Below are positions 58,705 to 64,000 of a stretch of 64,000 nucleotides of DNA, one piece after another (positions within the stretch are counted from its first letter, which is position 1; each line of letters begins with the position of its first letter). The notes below the pieces were generated by a model. It made no database searches. It had not been told where the DNA came from and saw nothing but the letters and a program-made list of their open reading frames with translations. Source of the DNA: an uncultured Ruminococcus sp. GTDB lineage: Bacteria > Bacillota > Clostridia > Oscillospirales > Acutalibacteraceae. The position numbers and the translations under genes are program-made. The stretch is taken from the NCBI GenBank assembly GCA_958403905.1, contig CATXZD010000011.1, forward strand, positions 21,181 through 85,180, written 5' to 3'.

Positions 58705-61122
58705 CTATTCTTCCGGCGCAGGTTCGGGGGTGTTGCCGCTTTCGCCGCCTTCAGGAATGTTGCTTTCTCCTCCGCTGTTTTCGCTGCCGGAGTTTTCACC
58801 GCCTCCGCTGTTTTCACCGCCGGAGCTTTCACCGCCTCCGCTGTTTTCGCCGCCGGAGTTTTCACCGTCTCCGCTGTTTTCACCACCGGAGTTTTCGCCG
58901 CCTCCGCTGTATTCTCCGCCTGATGTGTCGGAGCCTTCACCACCACTGTTGTCGGAATAGTAGTTATAGTATCCGCCCATAGCAGGCATATTGTCTTCAG
59001 TATAGTAGCCTATATATCTGCCTGACGGATTATCGGTTGTTACGATAAGTCCGTTATATGGATTGTACTGTGCTTCAACGAGGTTGGGGGAGAGGTTGTA
59101 GTCCTTTTGCTCCTTGCCCTCAAGGTACTTGCCCATTATATTTGCAAAGAATTTCGGTGCAACTGTTCGTCCGACGTCGCTTATGCTGTCGGGCTTGTCA
59201 AAACCGCACCAGGTAGCCATTGAAGCGTACGGTGAAAGTCCGCAGAACCAGGAGTCTTTGTTTTCGTCGGTTGTACCCGTTTTGCCGATAACATCCCATC
59301 CGCTGATTTTTGCATGACCTGCGCCTGTGTGGGCGAACTGTGTATAGGTCATATTGTAGCTGAGAAGCCTGTTCATAATCGAAGCGGTTTCGGCAGAATA
59401 TGCCTGCTTCGGAACTGCGTCACGGTTATCGATGATTATGTTATCTTCAGAGTCGGTGACATAGTAGTAGGTATACGGCTCATAATAAAGACCGCCGTTG
59501 CCCATATAGTTGTATGAAGCCGCCATCTCTCTTACAGAAACACCGCCGTTCATACCGCCGATTGAAAGTGCGCCTGTGTTTTGTGCGTCTTGTTCGGAAA
59601 GCTTTTTAAATCCCATTTTGGTAACAGCCTGTTCATAGGCAACCGACGGACCGCCAATTAGGTTCATTGTCTGAACGGCTGTTGCGTTTGATGAAATCTC
59701 AATCGCATCAGGCAAAAGCATATCTCCCTTGTAACCCCAGTATGCATTGTTCGGTCCTGATACAAGCTGTCCGTTTACGTCTTTCCAGTTATCAACAGGC
59801 TCATCTTTTACAAGTGATGAGTAGTAAAGCATTTTGTTGTCTATTGCATACGGATAAACGATTACAGGCTTGATTGACGAACCGGGTTGCAAGGTAGAGT
59901 GGGTTGCTCTGTCCCATTCAAGCGCCTGAGTTTTTTTCTTTGAACTGCCTACGGTAGCAATAACTCTGCCGTCAAATCCCATAAGCACTGAACCGATCTG
60001 GAGGTCGGAATCGTAACTTTTATCAATGTTCTGTGCAGCTTCTTCCATATAGCCCTGCATTTCTTCGTCCATAGCGCAGTAGATTTTTAAGCCCTCTGTG
60101 TACAGCTTTTCGGAAGCGGCGTCTTCGCTGATATTGTAATAGAGTGCAAGGTCCTCTTTTAAATCATAGAAAACCTGATCAATATACCAGTTCTGAACGT
60201 AATCGTCATCGTCATCATCTTCCTGAGTATCCTGAAATCCGACAAAAGTCATATTCGCCGATTCTTTCATAGCCTCGTCATATTCAGACTTAGTAATCTT
60301 TCCCTGGTCGTACATTTCGTTAATTACAATCTCACGGCGTCTTTTGTTGTTTTCAGGATAAACAAGCGGATTCCACAAAGACGGGTTCTGCGTAATGCCT
60401 GCAATTGCGGCGCATTCGGCAATTGAGCAGTCTTTTATGCTCTTGTCAAAATAAAGCTGTGCGGCTGCTTCAACACCCTGACAGTTGTTGCCAAAGTTTA
60501 CAACATTTAGATAAGCCTCAAGAATCTGATCCTTTGTATATTCGTCCTCAAGCTTTAAAGCCTTGCAGATTTCGCGAAGCTTACGGTTGATTGAAACTTC
60601 GTTATCATCGGTTATGTTTTTAATAAGCTGCTGGGTAATTGTTGAGCCGCCGTATGAGTCCTCACCCGTAGCAAGGTTTACAACAGCCGAAAGCGTTCTT
60701 GCCCAGTCAACACCGTTGTGGTCATAGAAACGCTTGTCCTCAATGGAGACAACAGCGTCCTTCATAGCCTTAGGAATATCCTGATTGTCAACCCAAATTC
60801 GATTTTCAGTGCTGTACAGCGTCTGATATTCCTTAAATTCGTCTGTTTTATTGTCTTTGATATAGATAAAGCTTGTTTGATTAAGCGATTTTGCCTTAAG
60901 ATCAATGCCGGTCGGCTCAGAGGCAAGAGTGAAGATATAGATTGAAAGTGAAATGCCTGCTATGAAAAGTGCAACAAAGCAGATTGTAAAGGCAGTAAGC
61001 AGGAATTTTCCCAGTCCTTTAAAAAATCTTTTAACTCCGTTTTCGCTTTTTTCGGTAACAATGCCCGTATCAGTGGATTTATCCGTGTAACGGCTTATGT
61101 CAGTTTCACGTTTATTTCGCAT
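58705..61122 (-). CDS. Class A penicillin-binding protein (PBP1A-like)
   Basis: EDKRFYDHNGVD, GGSTITQQLIKN, RKLRE, PGSSIKP, SSN, KTGTT. Confidence 0.95.
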   Translation of the reverse strand: MRNKRETDISRYTDKSTDTGIVTEKSENGVKRFFKGLGKFLLTAFTICFVALFIAGISLSIYIFTLASEPTGIDLKAKSLNQTSFIYIKDNKTDEFKEYQTLYSTENRIWVDNQDIPKAMKDAVVSIEDKRFYDHNGVDWARTLSAVVNLATGEDSYGGSTITQQLIKNITDDNEVSINRKLREICKALKLEDEYTKDQILEAYLNVVNFGNNCQGVEAAAQLYFDKSIKDCSIAECAAIAGITQNPSLWNPLVYPENNKRRREIVINEMYDQGKITKSEYDEAMKESANMTFVGFQDTQEDDDDDDYVQNWYIDQVFYDLKEDLALYYNISEDAASEKLYTEGLKIYCAMDEEMQGYMEEAAQNIDKSYDSDLQIGSVLMGFDGRVIATVGSSKKKTQALEWDRATHSTLQPGSSIKPVIVYPYAIDNKMLYYSSLVKDEPVDNWKDVNGQLVSGPNNAYWGYKGDMLLPDAIEISSNATAVQTMNLIGGPSVAYEQAVTKMGFKKLSEQDAQNTGALSIGGMNGGVSVREMAASYNYMGNGGLYYEPYTYYYVTDSEDNIIIDNRDAVPKQAYSAETASIMNRLLSYNMTYTQFAHTGAGHAKISGWDVIGKTGTTDENKDSWFCGLSPYASMATWCGFDKPDSISDVGRTVAPKFFANIMGKYLEGKEQKDYNLSPNLVEAQYNPYNGLIVTTDNPSGRYIGYYTEDNMPAMGGYYNYYSDNSGGEGSDTSGGEYSGGGENSGGENSGDGENSGGENSGGGESSGGENSGGGENSGSENSGGESNIPEGGESGNTPEPAPEE
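58769..58920. repeat. Imperfect 18-bp tandem repeats encoding the (GGENSG)n tail of the PBP
   Basis: About eight GE(N/S/Y)SG-type units at the PBP C-terminus. Confidence 0.85.
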
Positions 61123-61396
61123 ATTTACTCCTTTAACGGCAATTTGCCTGTTTGTGACTCATTGCGACTTATTACGCAATGTAAAGTCTTTATAATACAA
61201 TTATGTTGATAAAATAGAGTAAAAAACACTATTGATAGTTATTATAGCACCTCAAATTAAAAAAATAAATATGTTAAATTAAATTTTTATTAAAAAATAT
61301 AGAGTTTCAGCGGATGTTTTTTATGTAAAAGGGTGAATATTCGGCTCTTGAAGGGAAAAACTACGGGTAATAAGCCTTGAAAGTGGGGAATTAAAA

Positions 61397-61714
61397 ATGA
61401 AAAAGCTGGTGCTTATTACGGGAATAATACTGATGGTGTGCCTGTTTACAAGCGTTTATGCATCTCCTGCGGTAACGGCAGGGACTAATACTGCGGCTAC
61501 GGAGGAAAACAAGGGCAGTGTAAATGAAGTTTTTATGCTGAAATCCGAGAATAACCGAATTGTTGTATATAAATTTGGTGAAGAAACTCCGTATATTATA
61601 ACAGATACTCTTGTCAGCACGCTCCCAAAAGGGGATATTATGCTGCTTGAAAAGGGAATAGAGATAAAGGGAGAGGAAAATCTTAAAAAATCGCTGGAGG
61701 ATTATTGCAGTTGA
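61397..61714 (+). CDS. Small secreted protein, BofC C-terminal-like
   Basis: Signal peptide; LPKGD..LL.KGI.....L...LEDYCS. Confidence 0.7.
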   Translation: MKKLVLITGIILMVCLFTSVYASPAVTAGTNTAATEENKGSVNEVFMLKSENNRIVVYKFGEETPYIITDTLVSTLPKGDIMLLEKGIEIKGEENLKKSLEDYCS

Positions 61715-61943
61715 TAATACTTCAAGTTTTATAGGCTGTTTAATTGGGAATAAAAGGGGTATTACCCAAAAAATTGAACATATATATTGACTTTTGAACT
61801 CTTTTGAGTTAGTATTAAGTTAAAATGCCATAATAATAAAATTAGGTTACTGCGGTCATATGCATTGCAATTTTATGATGAAATCTTGCAAATGAGCAAA
61901 TTGTCACAAACCGCAGTATTATGCAGAAAAGGAGAATGTACAT

Positions 61944-62894
61944 ATGATTTCTACCGTTATAGATCAGTCACTCGGCCTTGAGTTTCCGATTTTTCAGGGA
62001 GGTATGGCTTGGGTTGCCGACGCGTCTTTGGCAGCCGGCGTTTCCAACGCAGGAGGCTTAGGACTTATTGCCGCTATGAATTCAAACGGTGAACAGCTGC
62101 GTGAAGAAATTCGCAAGTGCAAGGAGCTTACGGACAAGCCTTTCGGCGTTAATATTATGCTTATGAGTCCTTTTGCGGCAGAGGTTGCAGACGTTGTTGT
62201 TGAGGAGGGCGTAAAGGTAGTTACAACCGGCGCAGGAAATCCCGGCAAATATATGCCCAAGTGGCTTGAAGCAGGAATTAAGGTTATCCCCGTAGTTCCA
62301 AGCGTTGCGCTTGCAAGAAAGATGGAGAAAAACGGCGCTTTTGCGGTTATCGCAGAGGGCGGCGAATCCGGCGGTCACGTTGGCGACTTAACAACAATGG
62401 CTCTTGTACCGCAGGTTGTTGACGCTGTTTCAATTCCTGTAATTGCGGCAGGCGGCATTGCAGACGGAAGACAGATTGCCGCTGCATTTATGCTCGGTGC
62501 AGTGGGCGTTCAGGTAGGAACAAGATTCCTTGTTGCAGAGGAATGTACAATTGCTCAGGAATATAAAAATAAGATTTTAAAGGCAAAGGATATTGACACT
62601 GTTGTTACGGGCAAGAGGCTCGGACATCCCGTTCGTTCAATCAGAAACTCTTTTACACGTGAATATACAAAAGCAGAATATAACTCCTCAGAATTTTCAG
62701 ACGAGGAGCTTGAAAATATGGGAATCGGCAAGCTCAGACTGGCTGTCAGAGAGGGCGACGTTTCTAACGGAACCGTGCTTGCAGGTCAGGTAGCTGCAAT
62801 GGTTAAAAAAGAACAGCCTGCCCGTGATATGATTGTTGAGATGTTTACGCAGGCTGAAGAAGTATTGAACGGAGCGACAAAATGGGTAAAATAG
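61944..62894 (+). CDS. fabK: Enoyl-ACP reductase II
   Basis: PIFQGGMAWV, VSNAGGLG, EGGESGGH, AAGGIADGR, GTRF. Confidence 0.95.
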   Translation: MISTVIDQSLGLEFPIFQGGMAWVADASLAAGVSNAGGLGLIAAMNSNGEQLREEIRKCKELTDKPFGVNIMLMSPFAAEVADVVVEEGVKVVTTGAGNPGKYMPKWLEAGIKVIPVVPSVALARKMEKNGAFAVIAEGGESGGHVGDLTTMALVPQVVDAVSIPVIAAGGIADGRQIAAAFMLGAVGVQVGTRFLVAEECTIAQEYKNKILKAKDIDTVVTGKRLGHPVRSIRNSFTREYTKAEYNSSEFSDEELENMGIGKLRLAVREGDVSNGTVLAGQVAAMVKKEQPARDMIVEMFTQAEEVLNGATKWVK

Positions 62895-63784
62895 CGTTTA
62901 TTTTTTCAGGACAGGGTGCGCAATACAGCGGAATGGGCAAGGAGCTTTACGAAGCGTCCCCTGCCGCAAAGGCTGTTTATGATATGGCGGATTGTGTAAG
63001 AGAGGGCACTTCTAAGCAATGCTTTGAAGGCAGCACAGAGGAACTTTGCAAGACTGTAAATACACAGCCCTGCGTGTTTACGGCTGACCTTGCAGCAGCT
63101 TATGCGCTTGTTGAAAAGGGCATTAAGCCTGACTGCGTAGCAGGTTTTTCACTTGGTGAAATTGCGGCTATTGCATTTTCAAAAATGCTTTCCGACGAAG
63201 AAGCTTTTAAGCTTGTATGCAAAAGAGGCGAGCTTATGAACGATGCCGCAACCGAGAATCCCGGTGCGATGGCGGCTGTTATGAAGATTACTCCTAAGCA
63301 GGTTGAAGAAATTTGCAGTAAGTTTGACAATACATATCCCGTAAACTACAACTCTCCTGCGCAGACTGTTGTTGCAACAACAAGCGAAAATGCAGACAAA
63401 TTCTGCGAAGCCGTTAAGGAAGCAGGCGGAAGAGCTAAGCTGCTTGCGGTAAGCGGTGCGTTTCATTCGCCGTTTATGGCAAAAGCCGCTGACGGTCTTG
63501 CAGAATATATGGAGAATGTTGATTTCTCTAATCCCGAAACTGTAATTTATTCGGACGTTACCGCAATGCCTTATGAGGGTGATTTCAAGGCGCTTGTTAA
63601 GGCTCAGGTTGAAAGTCCGGTAAGGTGGCAGACAATCGTTGAAAATATGATTAACGATGGTGTTGATACATTTATAGAAGTCGGTGTCGGCAAAACGCTT
63701 ACGGGTCTTGTAAAGAGAATTAACGGTAATGTAAAGGCGTTCAAGGTTGAAACTCCTGCTGATATTGAGGCTTTGGAGCTTTGA
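62882..63784 (+). CDS. fabD: Malonyl CoA-ACP transacylase
   Basis: FSGQGAQ, TQP, AGFSLGE, VSGAFHSPFM, SPVRW. Confidence 0.96.
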   Translation: MGKIAFIFSGQGAQYSGMGKELYEASPAAKAVYDMADCVREGTSKQCFEGSTEELCKTVNTQPCVFTADLAAAYALVEKGIKPDCVAGFSLGEIAAIAFSKMLSDEEAFKLVCKRGELMNDAATENPGAMAAVMKITPKQVEEICSKFDNTYPVNYNSPAQTVVATTSENADKFCEAVKEAGGRAKLLAVSGAFHSPFMAKAADGLAEYMENVDFSNPETVIYSDVTAMPYEGDFKALVKAQVESPVRWQTIVENMINDGVDTFIEVGVGKTLTGLVKRINGNVKAFKVETPADIEALEL

Positions 63785-63843
63785 TTTAATATATCTTAGG
63801 GTAAGAGCTCTGCTCCTGCCGCATAAATTCGGAGGTAAATAAT

Positions 63844-64000
63844 ATGGATTTTACTAATAAAACAGCTGTAGTAACAGGCGGTTCAAGAGGAATCGGTCTT
63901 GCAATCGCTTCAAAGCTTGCTCAGGGCGGTGCAAATATTGCAATTCTCTATGTAGGTGACGAGAGCGAGGGCATAAAGGCAAAGGAAGAGCTTTCTCAGT
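63844..64000 (+). CDS. fabG: 3-oxoacyl-ACP reductase (5' part, truncated by the window edge)
   Basis: GGAGG RBS; MDFTNKTAVVTGGSRGIGLAIA; follows fabD. Confidence 0.9.
   Translation, partial: MDFTNKTAVVTGGSRGIGLAIASKLAQGGANIAILYVGDESEGIKAKEELSQ

Noticed and set aside
58570..58960. Alternative-frame repeat ORFs (58570-58923, 58683-58946, 58730-58960)
   Set aside because: Shadows of the stop-free 18-bp repeats in the PBP tail.

Overview
Chromosomal segment of a low-GC Firmicute, most likely a Ruminococcus bromii-like gut Ruminococcaceae/Acutalibacteraceae member. This is inferred from a dockerin-bearing protein, a GH31 gene and the gene content. The window runs from the 3' end of rpoC to the start of fabG and is mostly housekeeping: pflB/pflA behind a ZTP riboswitch, ribF, asnB, a phosphohexomutase, trpS, ppk1-pfkA, hom/lysC, a class A PBP, fabK-fabD-fabG and tRNA-Ile2(CAT). 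It also holds many cell-wall enzymes. I saw no integrase, transposase, CRISPR array or rRNA. The most interesting signals are small: (1) a four-gene secreted/sortase-anchored operon at 21184-23273 laid out like a WxL/Csc surface complex but lacking the WxL signature; (2) a promoterless NUDIX gene bracketed tightly by 17-bp imperfect inverted motifs and fed by an outside promoter, inside a relic island at the tRNA, with a third motif copy closing an AT-rich islet after rpoC; (3) two small inserts each bracketed by duplicated terminator hairpins; (4) several non-autonomous repeats (GTAG-REPs, two MITE-like elements, a heptamer element, tRNA-antisense repeats). All family calls come from motif recognition by eye; no database searches were run.
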